DNA of 64,000 nt from Microgenomates group bacterium GW2011_GWC1_46_15 (GCA_001002285.1 LCLX01000001.1:192302-256301), one strand, 5' to 3'; positions 8,532-17,826 are shown, counted from the first letter of the stretch. Translations and numbers: made by a program. Notes: generated by a model from the letters alone, not told the origin.

Positions 8532-10502
8532 ATGAAATCTGACTCCGCCCACTCACTCCAAGATCTCCGGGAGCGTTCGCCCCTGCTCAAGCCGTTGAAT
8601 GATCAACAGCTTTCCGCGGTGCTTCATGGTGATGGCCCCGCAATGGTGCTGGCGGGTGCTGGGTCTGGAAAAACACGCGTGCTCACCACGCGCGTTGCAT
8701 ATCTCATGACAGAGAAAAATGTTTCACCGAACAGTATTTTATTGGTGACGTTTACCAACAAAGCTGCTGCCGAGATGACAAACCGTGTTCAGCAGATGAC
8801 CGGCAAGCGTCCGCAGTTTTCCGGAACGTTTCACCGGTTATGCGCGCGGATTCTCCGCCAGGACGGCATCCTCATCGGCATTCCGCCGACATTTTCCATT
8901 TATGACGATGACGATCAGCTTGATTTGGTGAAAAGTATCTTAAAAAAACTGAACCTTTCGGTTAAAGAGTTCAACCCGCGTCTCATGCTCAGCATGATTT
9001 CAAACGCAAAAAATGAGTTGCTTTCACCAAAAGACTATCAAATTTTTGCGAAAGGAAAAATTCAGGAGGCGGCGAACCGCGTGTATCAGCTCTATGAAAA
9101 AGAGTTGGATAAAAATGGCGCGGTGGATTTTGACAATTTGCTCAATAAAACGGTTGAACTTTTCCGTAAACATTCAAATATTTTGCAGAAGTATCAGCAT
9201 ATGTTTGAGTATGTGTTGGTTGATGAGTATCAAGATGTGAATAAAGCGCAGTACCTATTAACAAAAATGCTCGCGGCTCCACAGAACAATTTGTTCGCGG
9301 TGGGAGATTTTAGCCAAAGTATTTATGCCTGGCGTGGTGCGGATTACCGCAACATGCTCGCGCTCAAAACAGATTTTCCCGGCATTCAAGAATATCGATT
9401 AGAGCAAAACTATCGGTCAACGCAGACCATTTTGAATGCCGCCAGCGCGGTGATTTCACACAACACATCCCATCCTATTCTCGAGCTTTGGACAGAAAAG
9501 ACAGACAAAAGGCGCATTACGTTATATGAAGCAGAAACCGAAAAGGATGAAGCGGAGTTTGTCACGCATCACATTCAGCAGTTCAAGAAAACTTTACCGT
9601 ATTCCGAAATGGTGGTGCTGTACCGCACCAACGCACAAAGCCGTGTTTTTGAAGAACTTTTCCTCAAGTATGGAGTTCCATATAAACTTGTTGGTGGTGT
9701 GCGGTTTTACGCGCGCAAAGAAGTGAAAGATGTTCTCTCGCTTCTGCGCCTTTTTGTGAACGAGCATGACTCTGTTGCGCTTTCCCGCATCGAAAAGCTT
9801 GGGAAAAAGCGCCTGCAGGTATATCTTTCGTGGCTCGCGTCAACAAAAAAATTTCCCGAGAAAACACTCGATATTCTTGATGCGGTGCTTGAGGCATCTC
9901 AATATCTCACACTCTATGATGAACGCCTTGAAGAAGATGCGGAGCGGTTGGAAAACATTCAAGAGCTGCGGTCTGTGGCGAGCGAATTTTCTGATGTTCC
10001 CAGTTTGCTCGAAAACGTTGCGCTTGTCGAAAATAATACGTTGCCGGACTCAAGCTCTTCCAATCAGCAACAAGATGCCGTTTCACTCATGAGTATCCAC
10101 GCTGCAAAAGGACTCGAGTTTAGTGCGGTATTTCTGGTTGGCATGGAGGAGGGCCTATTTCCACATAGCCGGTCGCTCATGGACAAGCATCAGCTTGAAG
10201 AAGAACGCCGCCTTTGCTACGTTGCGATCACGCGCGCGAAAGAACATTTGTACATCAGTTACACACGCCGGCGCCTCTTGTACGGAGCGGTTACAGGGTC
10301 CATTGTTTCGCGGTTTATTGCCGAGATTCCAGACCACACACTTGAGAGAAAAGGGGGAGAACATCCAGTGGGATTACTCTCTGGTTCACAACATTTAACT
10401 CATCCTCAGCACATCTCCCGTCGCTTTTCTCAGTTAAGCGACGAAACGCTCGAACGCGTGCTCAAGGGTGAAATTGACGTAGAGTCATTTTTGGATATGT
10501 AG
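8532..10502 (+). CDS. pcrA: ATP-dependent DNA helicase PcrA/UvrD
   Basis: AGAGSGKTRVLTTR Walker A, VDEYQDVN, QNYRSTQ, VAITRAK; about 650 aa, typical of PcrA. Confidence 0.9.
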   Translation: MKSDSAHSLQDLRERSPLLKPLNDQQLSAVLHGDGPAMVLAGAGSGKTRVLTTRVAYLMTEKNVSPNSILLVTFTNKAAAEMTNRVQQMTGKRPQFSGTFHRLCARILRQDGILIGIPPTFSIYDDDDQLDLVKSILKKLNLSVKEFNPRLMLSMISNAKNELLSPKDYQIFAKGKIQEAANRVYQLYEKELDKNGAVDFDNLLNKTVELFRKHSNILQKYQHMFEYVLVDEYQDVNKAQYLLTKMLAAPQNNLFAVGDFSQSIYAWRGADYRNMLALKTDFPGIQEYRLEQNYRSTQTILNAASAVISHNTSHPILELWTEKTDKRRITLYEAETEKDEAEFVTHHIQQFKKTLPYSEMVVLYRTNAQSRVFEELFLKYGVPYKLVGGVRFYARKEVKDVLSLLRLFVNEHDSVALSRIEKLGKKRLQVYLSWLASTKKFPEKTLDILDAVLEASQYLTLYDERLEEDAERLENIQELRSVASEFSDVPSLLENVALVENNTLPDSSSSNQQQDAVSLMSIHAAKGLEFSAVFLVGMEEGLFPHSRSLMDKHQLEEERRLCYVAITRAKEHLYISYTRRRLLYGAVTGSIVSRFIAEIPDHTLERKGGEHPVGLLSGSQHLTHPQHISRRFSQLSDETLERVLKGEIDVESFLDM

Positions 10503-10523
10503 CACGCATGTTATCATGACTCT

Positions 10524-11558
10524 ATGATTGTCCGCCCCCTCGATTCATCAGAAAAAGACGTATATAACGCTGTGGTGAAGCACCCGCTCCAGAGTTGGGA
10601 GTGGGGAGAGTTCCGCAAAAAAACCGGTGTCCAGATTGAACGCTTCGGGGTGTTCGACGGTTCCCGCCTGGTAAGTGGAATGCAAATCAGCTTTCATCCC
10701 GTCCCATATACACCGTTTACCGTTGGGTACTTTCCTAAAGGGACGATGCCGGACGAGGAGCAACTCCACGCACTTGAGGGGATTGGAAAACGCAAGAATG
10801 CACTGTATATCAAGATGGAGCCTAATATTGGTGTTTCAGTTGGATCAAACTCGGCGCACACCGCGATTATCGAGTTTCTCAAACAACACGGTGCAGTTCC
10901 AGGCCGACCCCTGTTTACCCGGTATACGTTCATGCTTGATCTCACTCCATTAGAGGAAAAACTCCTCGAGAACATGAAGCAAAAAACCAGGTACAACATC
11001 CGGCTGGCAGAGAAAAAAGGTGTAACAATCGTTGAGGACAGCACCGACGCAGGCCTGGAAGAGTATCTTAAAATCCTTAAGGAAACCACCCGCCGCCAGG
11101 CGTTTTACGCGCACAACGAAGCCTACTTCCGCTCGATGTGGCAGACGCTCAAACAGGGCAAAATGATTCACGTCTTTAAAGCAATGTTTGAAGGGAAGAC
11201 ATTGGTAGCCTGGATTGTCTTCATCCACAACAACACGCTGTACTATCCGTATGGCGCCAGTTCGTCTCAGCATAGAGAGTTGATGGCAAGTAACCTCATG
11301 ATGTGGGAGGTCATGAAGTTTGGAAAATCTGCTGGATGTACAAAGTTTGATATGTGGGGATCGCTTGGGCCAAACCCAAATCCGAAAGATCCTTGGTATG
11401 GTTTCCATACCTTCAAGGAAGGATATGGCGCAGTGTTAACAGAGTTTCTGGGAACGTATGATCTGGTACTCCAGTCTGCTCTCTATGCGCTATTTAGAGC
11501 GCTCGAGGATTTGAGATGGAAGTTCCTGAGGCTGAAAGCTTCGTTGTTCCGCCATTAA
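10524..11558 (+). CDS. FemAB-family peptidoglycan bridge-formation aminoacyltransferase
   Basis: GNAT-like FemAB signature GKTLVAWIVFIHNNTLYYPYGAS...KFDMWG; typical size (~340 aa). Confidence 0.6.
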   Translation: MIVRPLDSSEKDVYNAVVKHPLQSWEWGEFRKKTGVQIERFGVFDGSRLVSGMQISFHPVPYTPFTVGYFPKGTMPDEEQLHALEGIGKRKNALYIKMEPNIGVSVGSNSAHTAIIEFLKQHGAVPGRPLFTRYTFMLDLTPLEEKLLENMKQKTRYNIRLAEKKGVTIVEDSTDAGLEEYLKILKETTRRQAFYAHNEAYFRSMWQTLKQGKMIHVFKAMFEGKTLVAWIVFIHNNTLYYPYGASSSQHRELMASNLMMWEVMKFGKSAGCTKFDMWGSLGPNPNPKDPWYGFHTFKEGYGAVLTEFLGTYDLVLQSALYALFRALEDLRWKFLRLKASLFRH

Positions 11559-12150
11559 CAATGTCTCCAAGGGGAACAAACGTCGCAGGGTTCAAATATT
11601 TTCCGTTTTTGTGAATTTCAAGGTGGATGTGTGGGCCAGTCGTGCGGCCAGTCAATCCAACCGTACCAATGACGGTGTTGGCAAACACCTCGTCGCCTGT
11701 TTTTACCAAGCGTTTGGCCATATGGGAGTACAACGAGTGTATGCCGTTTGAGTGTTCAATCATAATAAAATTACCATATCCACTTCTCTCGAAGCCTGTC
11801 TCAACAACACGGCCTTCAGAAATAGGATGAATCTCGGCATTCAAGTTCGCGCGGACGTCAATACCGTTGTGGAATCTCGAAAAACCTTGGGAAACACCAC
11901 GGTAGTTTTCCTGAGTAATAGGGAGCTGAAAAAACGCGGAAAGTTTAAGCGCCTTCATCTCCTTTACAGAGGAGATGTGTAACTCATCTTGCTTGAGTTC
12001 ACGGTTTTCATTGTACTCAATATCAACCGACTGATTGGCAAGCACAATTTCATGGTCATTACCGTTCGCAGCAAATGCTGTGTAAGGCATGACTCCTGTC
12101 GCGATAACAATCGCGGTAGTAAGGGCAGTAAACTTCAAAATCTGTTTCAT
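11494..12150 (-). CDS. M23-family peptidoglycan metalloendopeptidase (LytM-like), secreted
   Basis: N-terminal signal-like segment. HNGIDV and GRTTGPHIHLEI (HxxxD ... HxH) Zn-binding motifs. The C-terminal tail overlaps the FemAB 3' end convergently by 65 nt. Confidence 0.8.
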   Translation of the reverse strand: MKQILKFTALTTAIVIATGVMPYTAFAANGNDHEIVLANQSVDIEYNENRELKQDELHISSVKEMKALKLSAFFQLPITQENYRGVSQGFSRFHNGIDVRANLNAEIHPISEGRVVETGFERSGYGNFIMIEHSNGIHSLYSHMAKRLVKTGDEVFANTVIGTVGLTGRTTGPHIHLEIHKNGKYLNPATFVPLGDIVNGGTTKLSASGTSISNPRAL

Positions 12151-12295
12151 ATATGCAGCATCATCGCTGCCAGTTCGGCCTTTTTTGGGCCAAAAAAATC
12201 TTCCGCAGATATACGTATATGTATAGTGCGAAAGAAGTGTCCTATAATAGCATTTGAAGTGTCATTTGTCAACCCATAATGGGTGGTCAAACTGA

Positions 12296-13330
12296 GTGTC
12301 AACCGGCACCGGCACTAGGCAAAAAATGTGGTACAATACGCCCATGTTTCGTACCGTACAATCAGCGAATGTCCAAGGCAAAGCGGTACTGGTTCGAATG
12401 GATCTTGATCTTCCCAAGCGTGGGCGTGGATATGACGAAACCAGGCTAGATAATGGTCTGGAGAGTCTGCATTGGCTCCTCAAGCAGGACGCCAAGACAG
12501 TAACGGTGGTTGGTCACTTGGGGCGGCCAGGAGGAAAACGTATTTTCGCATTTTCCCTCAAGAAAATTGAAAAACTCTTGAGGTCAAAGTTCACCAAGGA
12601 TGAAAACAAGAAAATCAAGGTTTTGGAGAATCTCAGGTTTGACTCGGGTGAGGAAAAGAACTCCGTGCTTTTTGCCAAAAAACTGGCAAAAGGACAGGAC
12701 CTCTTTGTGAACGATGCCTTTGCGAGCTCCCACGAAGAGCACGCCTCGATTGTTGGTGTTCCCAGGCTTCTTCCGTCCTACCTCGGTTTCCAGTTCCAGA
12801 AGGAGCTTGAAGGCCTCGAGAAGGCCGTACATGAGCCCAAAAGACCCCTTGTGGCGATCCTTGGCGGCGCCAAGCTGTCCACCAAGATGCACCTCCTCAA
12901 GCCACTTGAGGAAAAAGTTGATGTTCTCCTGGTGGGTGGGAAGATGGCCACAGAACTTGTCCAACACCCCGTTGAGAATCGCAAGCTTATTGTTGGGCAG
13001 TTGACCAAAGATGGGAAAGATATTTCTCCCCCCACAATAGAGCAGTTCATTCGGTTTATCCAGATGGCCCAGACCGTGGTCTGGAACGGACCTCTGGGGA
13101 AGTACGAGGACAAGGCGTACCGGAGGGGAACATACGCAATTGCCCAGTTCCTTTCCCACTCGAGGGCGTACACCATCGCCGGGGGTGGGGATACCGAGGC
13201 TGCGCTCACCGCGTTTAACATGAAAAAAGGGATCAAGTTTATCAGTTCTGGTGGAGGCGCAATGCTCGAGTACATCGCGTTTGGAACTCTGCCTGGGATC
13301 AAGGCTGTAGAGGCGTCGCCGAAGAGATAA
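12296..13330 (+). CDS. pgk: phosphoglycerate kinase
   Basis: KAVLVRMDLDLP...VGHLGRPGG (PGK N-terminal signature) and IAGGGDTEAAL. The true start is probably the ATG at ~12344 (MFRTVQS) rather than the track start. Confidence 0.85.
   Translation: MSTGTGTRQKMWYNTPMFRTVQSANVQGKAVLVRMDLDLPKRGRGYDETRLDNGLESLHWLLKQDAKTVTVVGHLGRPGGKRIFAFSLKKIEKLLRSKFTKDENKKIKVLENLRFDSGEEKNSVLFAKKLAKGQDLFVNDAFASSHEEHASIVGVPRLLPSYLGFQFQKELEGLEKAVHEPKRPLVAILGGAKLSTKMHLLKPLEEKVDVLLVGGKMATELVQHPVENRKLIVGQLTKDGKDISPPTIEQFIRFIQMAQTVVWNGPLGKYEDKAYRRGTYAIAQFLSHSRAYTIAGGGDTEAALTAFNMKKGIKFISSGGGAMLEYIAFGTLPGIKAVEASPKR
12300..12345 (+). promoter_or_regulatory. putative pgk promoter with extended -10 TGGTACAAT; transcript may be leaderless
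   Basis: TGGTACAAT at ~12329-12337. The ATG of MFRTV lies at ~12344, about 7 nt downstream of the -10 hexamer. Confidence 0.4.
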
Positions 13331-13360
13331 AACACTTCAACTCTGTGCTATGCTGATTTC

Positions 13361-14395
13361 ATGAAGTTTGCTATTAACGGTTTTGGTCGCATTGGCCGGA
13401 CGGGTTTCCGTGTCTGGTATGAAAAGCATGCCGACAAGGGGGAACTTGTTGTGGTCAATACCTCTGGATCTATGGATCTGGAGGGGTGGGCACATCTCCT
13501 CAAGTACGACAGCAACTATGGTGTGTGGTCAGTTCTAATCAAGACAGAGGTTCACCAGAAAAAAGATGAGGTTTCGGATGAAGACCCTTTGCTTGGGTAT
13601 TTCCATGTGGGTTCGCATACGGTTGCGGTGTTAGCTCAGCGTGATCCGGCGAAACTTCCCTGGAGTTCTCTTGGGGTGGAAACGGTTATTGAGTCAACAG
13701 GCAAGTTTATAAGCAAAGAACAGGCCTCAGCACATCTGGCTGCGGGGGCAAAACGAGTGGTCATTTCGGCACCACCCAAAGGTGGAGATGTTGGAACCTA
13801 TGTCCTCGGGGTAAATGAGAGCCCAGGATCTGGTATTGAGTCCAACGCTTCGTGCACAACAAACTGCGTTGCTCCGGTGGCGGCGATTATGCATGAGGTA
13901 TTCAGGGTGAAAAAAGCGATGATGTCCACGATGCATAGTTATACCGATGACCAGAATCTCCAAGATAACTCACACCATGATCTGCGCAGAGCCAGAAGCG
14001 CGGCGATGAACATCATTCCAACAACAACGGGCGCGGCAATCTCGGTGACAGAAACGATTCCAGAGTTAAAAGGCCTATTTTCTGGAGTGGCGTATCGAGT
14101 GCCCACGCGCACAGGCTCCCTTTCTGAGATGGTGTTTCTCGTTGAAAAGCCAACAACTGTTGAAGAAGTAAATCAGGCTTTTGTAAAGGCGGCCGATCAT
14201 CCGCGGTGGCGCGGGATTATCGGTGTTACGAATGAACCCATCGTTTCCTCGGACATTATCGGCAGAAGTGAGTCGGCCATCGTTGATCTTGCGCTTACCC
14301 AAGTGGTGGACGGCGACATGGTGAAAGTTGTTGCCTGGTATGACAACGAATGGGGATACTGTAACAGGCTGATTGAACAAGTGGTGATGGGATAA
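13361..14395 (+). CDS. gap: glyceraldehyde-3-phosphate dehydrogenase
   Basis: MKFAINGFGRIGR NAD-binding N-terminus; ASCTTNCVAPV active-site Cys motif. Confidence 0.9.
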   Translation: MKFAINGFGRIGRTGFRVWYEKHADKGELVVVNTSGSMDLEGWAHLLKYDSNYGVWSVLIKTEVHQKKDEVSDEDPLLGYFHVGSHTVAVLAQRDPAKLPWSSLGVETVIESTGKFISKEQASAHLAAGAKRVVISAPPKGGDVGTYVLGVNESPGSGIESNASCTTNCVAPVAAIMHEVFRVKKAMMSTMHSYTDDQNLQDNSHHDLRRARSAAMNIIPTTTGAAISVTETIPELKGLFSGVAYRVPTRTGSLSEMVFLVEKPTTVEEVNQAFVKAADHPRWRGIIGVTNEPIVSSDIIGRSESAIVDLALTQVVDGDMVKVVAWYDNEWGYCNRLIEQVVMG

Positions 14396-14406
14396 CAATT
14401 TTTCTC

Positions 14407-14436
14407 TTGACAAATGTTCCATATATGGCACAATGA
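14407..14436 (+). promoter_or_regulatory. promoter of toxin-antitoxin operon (TTGACA-N16-TGGCACAAT), leaderless start
   Basis: TTGACA at ~14407-14412, TGGCACAAT at ~14426-14434. The ATG at 14441 is ~7 nt after the -10. Confidence 0.5.
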
Positions 14437-14440
14437 ATGA

Positions 14441-14764
14441 GTGACAAAAACAATTTTAATTGATAAACGAGCGGAGAAAGAGCTTAAACAATTTCCCCGC
14501 TCAGTTCAATTAAAATTTCAGGCATTTTTTGAGATTCTTGAAAAAGAAGGGAGGTTGGAAGAGCCATTTGGTAAAAAACTTTCCGGAATGGCTCGTATAT
14601 TTGAAATACGGGTAAAACATGAAGGGCAATGGCGGGTACTCTATGCGTATCTATATAAAGATTCAATCGTAGTGTTATCCGCTTTTGCAAAGAAAACTCA
14701 AAAAACACCAAGAATAGAACTTGAAAAGGCAAAGAACAGATTACTTGGGTATAGGGAGGAATAA
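14441..14764 (+). CDS. HigB/RelE-superfamily (Gp49-like) toxin
   Basis: About 107 aa. FEIRVKHEGQWRVLYAYLYKDSIVVLSAFAKKTQKTP resembles phage Gp49/HigB-like toxins. Stop overlaps the start of the next gene (TAATG). Confidence 0.55.
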   Translation: MTKTILIDKRAEKELKQFPRSVQLKFQAFFEILEKEGRLEEPFGKKLSGMARIFEIRVKHEGQWRVLYAYLYKDSIVVLSAFAKKTQKTPRIELEKAKNRLLGYREE

Positions 14765-15054
14765 TGAAAACACTTCGAAAACAACAAACCATTACTTTGA
14801 GTGATTTTGGGAAAAATATAACAAAAGAAGAGCGGAAATTTATTGATGCCGAAAAAAGGTATTACCAAGTTGTCGTTGCTTTGCGGAAAAAGAGAGAAGG
14901 TCTTGGGCTCACACAAGAAAAATTGGCGCATCTTTCGAAATTACCAAGAACAACAATTACAAAAGTTGAGTCGGGATCAAGAAACGCAACACTCCAAACA
15001 CTCATGGTCATTGCTCAGGCAATGGGAAAAAGTATTGAGCTAAGACTTTTGTAG
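14764..15054 (+). CDS. XRE-family HTH antitoxin (HigA-like)
   Basis: GLTQEKLAHLSKLPRTTITKVESG helix-turn-helix; 96 aa; translationally coupled to the upstream toxin gene. Confidence 0.6.
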   Translation: MKTLRKQQTITLSDFGKNITKEERKFIDAEKRYYQVVVALRKKREGLGLTQEKLAHLSKLPRTTITKVESGSRNATLQTLMVIAQAMGKSIELRLL

Positions 15055-15080
15055 TGTATGTTAAACAAGTGATTGGGTAA

Positions 15081-15839
15081 TTATTCCGCCCAATTCTTAA
15101 ACCAAATTCCTATCTCCCGTGCCACTTTTTGCCACTCCTCTTTCAGGTTGTGCGCACTGTGAAACAATGTCATGAGTTGAGCGTTGCTAACGTGCTCACA
15201 AAAATTCTTGATTTGTTTATACGGGACAATGGTATCTGTAGTTGTCCCAATGACAAGGAACTTGTATGAAATTTTCTGGGCTTCTTGAGTAATGTCATAC
15301 TTAGCAGCGTCTTCAAAAAACCGATAATGCAACTTTTTTCTTTCTCCATTTTTCCGTAACTCAACATATCCTCTTTTCTTTGCCTGGGCTAAATCTTTGG
15401 GGTCATACAAGTTTGCAAGTACTTGATCGCTTTTTATGGAAGGTGTGGCTGCTACAACCGTGCTTATGCGTTGATCTTGCGAGGCAAGAAGAATGGCGGT
15501 AGTAGCTCCCATGCTGTGGCCATATATCCCAACTTTTCTTTTATTGAGTCTTGGTAAAGACCAAACAAACTCGAGTGCTGTCTTGGCATCATCTAAAAAA
15601 CCAGATAGCGTTTTTTCTTCCCTGGTGCTCCCAGATTCTCCCGTGCCGTGAAAATCAATCCGAAAAGTTGCTATTCCTTGAGGATTCAAGATCTTTGTAA
15701 TTTTTTCATTTTCTTCTTTTGTTCCTTTGCCAAATCCGTGTAAACACAGGACTAAAGGATATCGTGATTTTTTCTCCGGAAGATCAAGAAGTCCAGCAAT
15801 TTTAATTCCTCGAGAATTTATAAGAAAAACTTTTTGCAT
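15081..15839 (-). CDS. alpha/beta-fold hydrolase (dienelactone-hydrolase-like)
   Basis: Nucleophile elbow GIYGHSMGATT; LVLCLHGFG. The track start (15896) overlaps tRNA-Cys; the likely start is the internal ATG (MQKVFLINS) at ~15839. Confidence 0.7.
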   Translation of the reverse strand: MQKVFLINSRGIKIAGLLDLPEKKSRYPLVLCLHGFGKGTKEENEKITKILNPQGIATFRIDFHGTGESGSTREEKTLSGFLDDAKTALEFVWSLPRLNKRKVGIYGHSMGATTAILLASQDQRISTVVAATPSIKSDQVLANLYDPKDLAQAKKRGYVELRKNGERKKLHYRFFEDAAKYDITQEAQKISYKFLVIGTTTDTIVPYKQIKNFCEHVSNAQLMTLFHSAHNLKEEWQKVAREIGIWFKNWAE

Positions 15840-15843
15840 GTTG

Positions 15844-15918
15844 AGCTGCCGGCCGGATTTGAACCGGCGAATCGAGGGTTTTGCAGACCCCGCCATTAGA
15901 CCACTCTGGTACGGCAGC
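15844..15918 (-). tRNA. tRNA-Cys: tRNA-Cys (anticodon GCA)
   Basis: rc gives GCTGCCG acceptor, 3-bp D-stem, anticodon arm GGGGT-CTGCAAA-ACCCT, T-arm GCCGG-TTCAAAT-CCGGC, 3' acceptor CGGCAGC; folded by eye. Confidence 0.75.
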
Positions 15919-15990
15919 GAATCAGATTACCCGTATTCTAGCAGATTTGTTGCCAAACTCGGCCTTGCCAGTGTATGATGTGGGGATCGT

Positions 15991-16893
15991 ATGAGGAAAA
16001 TCTTTCTTCTCGTTTGTACAGCAGTTCTTTTGTCGGCGTGTTCGGCACCGTCATTTTTTCAGAAAAAAGCAGGATTGCAGATTAAGCTAACGGGTGAAGA
16101 TAAAGCCGAAGTATTTTTAAACGGATCAACCGTAGGAACAACGCCGTACGAAGCAGATAATCTTAAAGCGGGAACATACACAGTCAAACTTGTTCCACAA
16201 GACGCGACAAAACAGCCATACGAAACACACGTTGTCCTATCCCCGAGTCTCATCACGGGGATAACGTGGAGTTTTGGCGCAACGCCGGATGAAAGTGGCG
16301 GCGATGTGTTTGAGCTTTCAAAAGTTTCTGGAAAGAAAGCAGAATTATCGATTATTACCACGCCAGACAACATTGTGGTGCGATTGGATGGGCAGTCTAA
16401 AGGATTCAGTCCGCTGATTTTGCAGGAGCTTTCCGAAGGCGAACACTCGCTAACGTTGAGTGCGCCGGGATATGTTGAGCGCACAAGTGCTCCAAAAATT
16501 ATGAAGGGGTATCGCGTAACTGTAACCACAAAACTCGCGCGGGACTCACAAAGTTTGATCACAACTCCAGTGTCAACGCTATCTGCTCTGCCAACACCAA
16601 CTCCGAAGGCAACTCCGAAAGCGACACCGAAAACAACAACAGCAACGGGTTCGGCAACGATCAAAACACAGGTGACTCCGCCTTTACCCTACGTTGAAGT
16701 AACACAGACACCGACTGGGTGGTTACGCGTACGCACTGAGGCAAGCGGAGCTTCTGATGAAGTTGCAAAGTTAGACGTGGGTGCAAAGGTCCCGTATCTC
16801 AATGAAACAACAGATGGGTGGCACAAGGTTGAGTACACAACGGGGAAAACAGGATGGGTTTCCGGTCAATATGCGATTGTACATTCGCAGTAA
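15991..16893 (+). CDS. lipoprotein with PEGA domain, Thr/Pro-rich linker and C-terminal SH3b domain
   Basis: Signal peptide with lipobox LLSAC. PEGA-like KAEVFLNGSTVGTTPYEADNLKAGTYTVKLV. PTPTPKATPKATPKTTT low-complexity linker. C-terminal GWLRVRTEASG...GWVSGQYAIV is SH3_3-like. Confidence 0.6.
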   Translation: MRKIFLLVCTAVLLSACSAPSFFQKKAGLQIKLTGEDKAEVFLNGSTVGTTPYEADNLKAGTYTVKLVPQDATKQPYETHVVLSPSLITGITWSFGATPDESGGDVFELSKVSGKKAELSIITTPDNIVVRLDGQSKGFSPLILQELSEGEHSLTLSAPGYVERTSAPKIMKGYRVTVTTKLARDSQSLITTPVSTLSALPTPTPKATPKATPKTTTATGSATIKTQVTPPLPYVEVTQTPTGWLRVRTEASGASDEVAKLDVGAKVPYLNETTDGWHKVEYTTGKTGWVSGQYAIVHSQ

Positions 16894-16896
16894 AAA

Positions 16897-17826
16897 TCAG
16901 AACACATACAGCACGGTCATCACAGAAAGTCCCCACAGCACGACGGCAATCAATAGCGGTTTATCTTCCAGCAATACTTTATCCGGCGACTCTCCACGGT
17001 TTTTTTCGTATACGAGCTGCAAGTACCGCATCACGCCATAAATCACCAAGGGCACGGTAACCATCAGCCATTTTTGCGTGATAAATGTACGGGGCAGAAC
17101 GGTGTACACTTGTAACAATTTTCCCGCGGGAACGTACGCGTCGCTTTGGAATGCATAGAGCGCGTAGGTCAACCAAGTGGTGTTCGCGAACATGCCGGTA
17201 TAGATATCTAGCAAACGCTGTGAGTAATGTTCCAATGCTTTGCGCGTGTTTCCACTACCTTCCATGAGTGTCCGCTCGCTTTGCCGTTTGCCAACCGCGA
17301 GGAATAAAGCTGCGGAAATGACGGTGAGCAGGAACCACACGCTCATGTGCAGGTTCACTACTACGGCACCAGCGTATACACGGAGAATAAAGCCGGTTGC
17401 GATCGCCATGACGTCAAGAATGGGGATGTGTTTCAACGAGAATGAATAGAATATATGAAGTGCAGCATACGCAATCGTAAGCAGTAAAAAGTATGAGGAA
17501 AACGTGAGTGAGAAAAAGAATACGGAAACCAAGCCAACGATAGCAAAAAAGAGGGCGATTGGAACGGGCAACTTTCCGGACGCAATCGGCCGGTTTTTCT
17601 TAAATGGATGTTGGCGGTCCGATTTTAAATCAATAATATCGTTGATGATGTAAATCGAAGAAGACAATACGGAGAACAACACAAACGCCTTTGTGACGGT
17701 GAAAAAATACCGCGGAAAATCATAGAAAAAGAATCCTGAAAACACCAGCGCCGCATACAACGCAAGATTTTTTATCCACTGTCTTGGACGAGCCGCTTTG
17801 ATGATGAGAAAAAAAGTGTGATCCAC
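16897..17826 (-). CDS. UbiA-family prenyl-phosphate phosphoribosyltransferase (decaprenyl-phosphate 5-phosphoribosyltransferase, DPPR-synthase-like)
   Basis: ARPRQWIKNLALYAAL and NDIIDLKSDRQHPFKKNRPIASGKL (NDxxDxxxD) match the Rv3806c-type UbiA signature; about 8 TM helices; ends in TGA. Confidence 0.7.
   Translation of the reverse strand: MDHTFFLIIKAARPRQWIKNLALYAALVFSGFFFYDFPRYFFTVTKAFVLFSVLSSSIYIINDIIDLKSDRQHPFKKNRPIASGKLPVPIALFFAIVGLVSVFFFSLTFSSYFLLLTIAYAALHIFYSFSLKHIPILDVMAIATGFILRVYAGAVVVNLHMSVWFLLTVISAALFLAVGKRQSERTLMEGSGNTRKALEHYSQRLLDIYTGMFANTTWLTYALYAFQSDAYVPAGKLLQVYTVLPRTFITQKWLMVTVPLVIYGVMRYLQLVYEKNRGESPDKVLLEDKPLLIAVVLWGLSVMTVLYVF

Noticed and set aside
12177-12198. GGCC-T6-GGGCC-A7 palindrome as a bidirectional intrinsic terminator
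   Set aside because: It lies upstream of both flanking genes (divergent M23 peptidase and pgk), so there is nothing for it to terminate. The stem is only 4 bp; more likely a promoter-region palindrome.
12584-13335. Long antisense ORFs inside pgk (12584..13159 and 12778..13335, minus strand)
   Set aside because: They lie entirely within a gene carrying unambiguous PGK motifs on the other strand; Ala/Pro/Ser/Arg-rich low-complexity composition typical of antisense frames.
15727-15978. 83-aa plus-strand ORF overlapping tRNA-Cys
   Set aside because: Antisense to the tRNA and to the hydrolase N-terminus; no support.
16059-16664. 201-aa minus-strand ORF inside the PEGA/SH3b lipoprotein gene
   Set aside because: Antisense to a gene with signal peptide and domain support; repetitive VAFGVAFGVAFGVGVG reflects the reverse complement of the TP-repeat linker.
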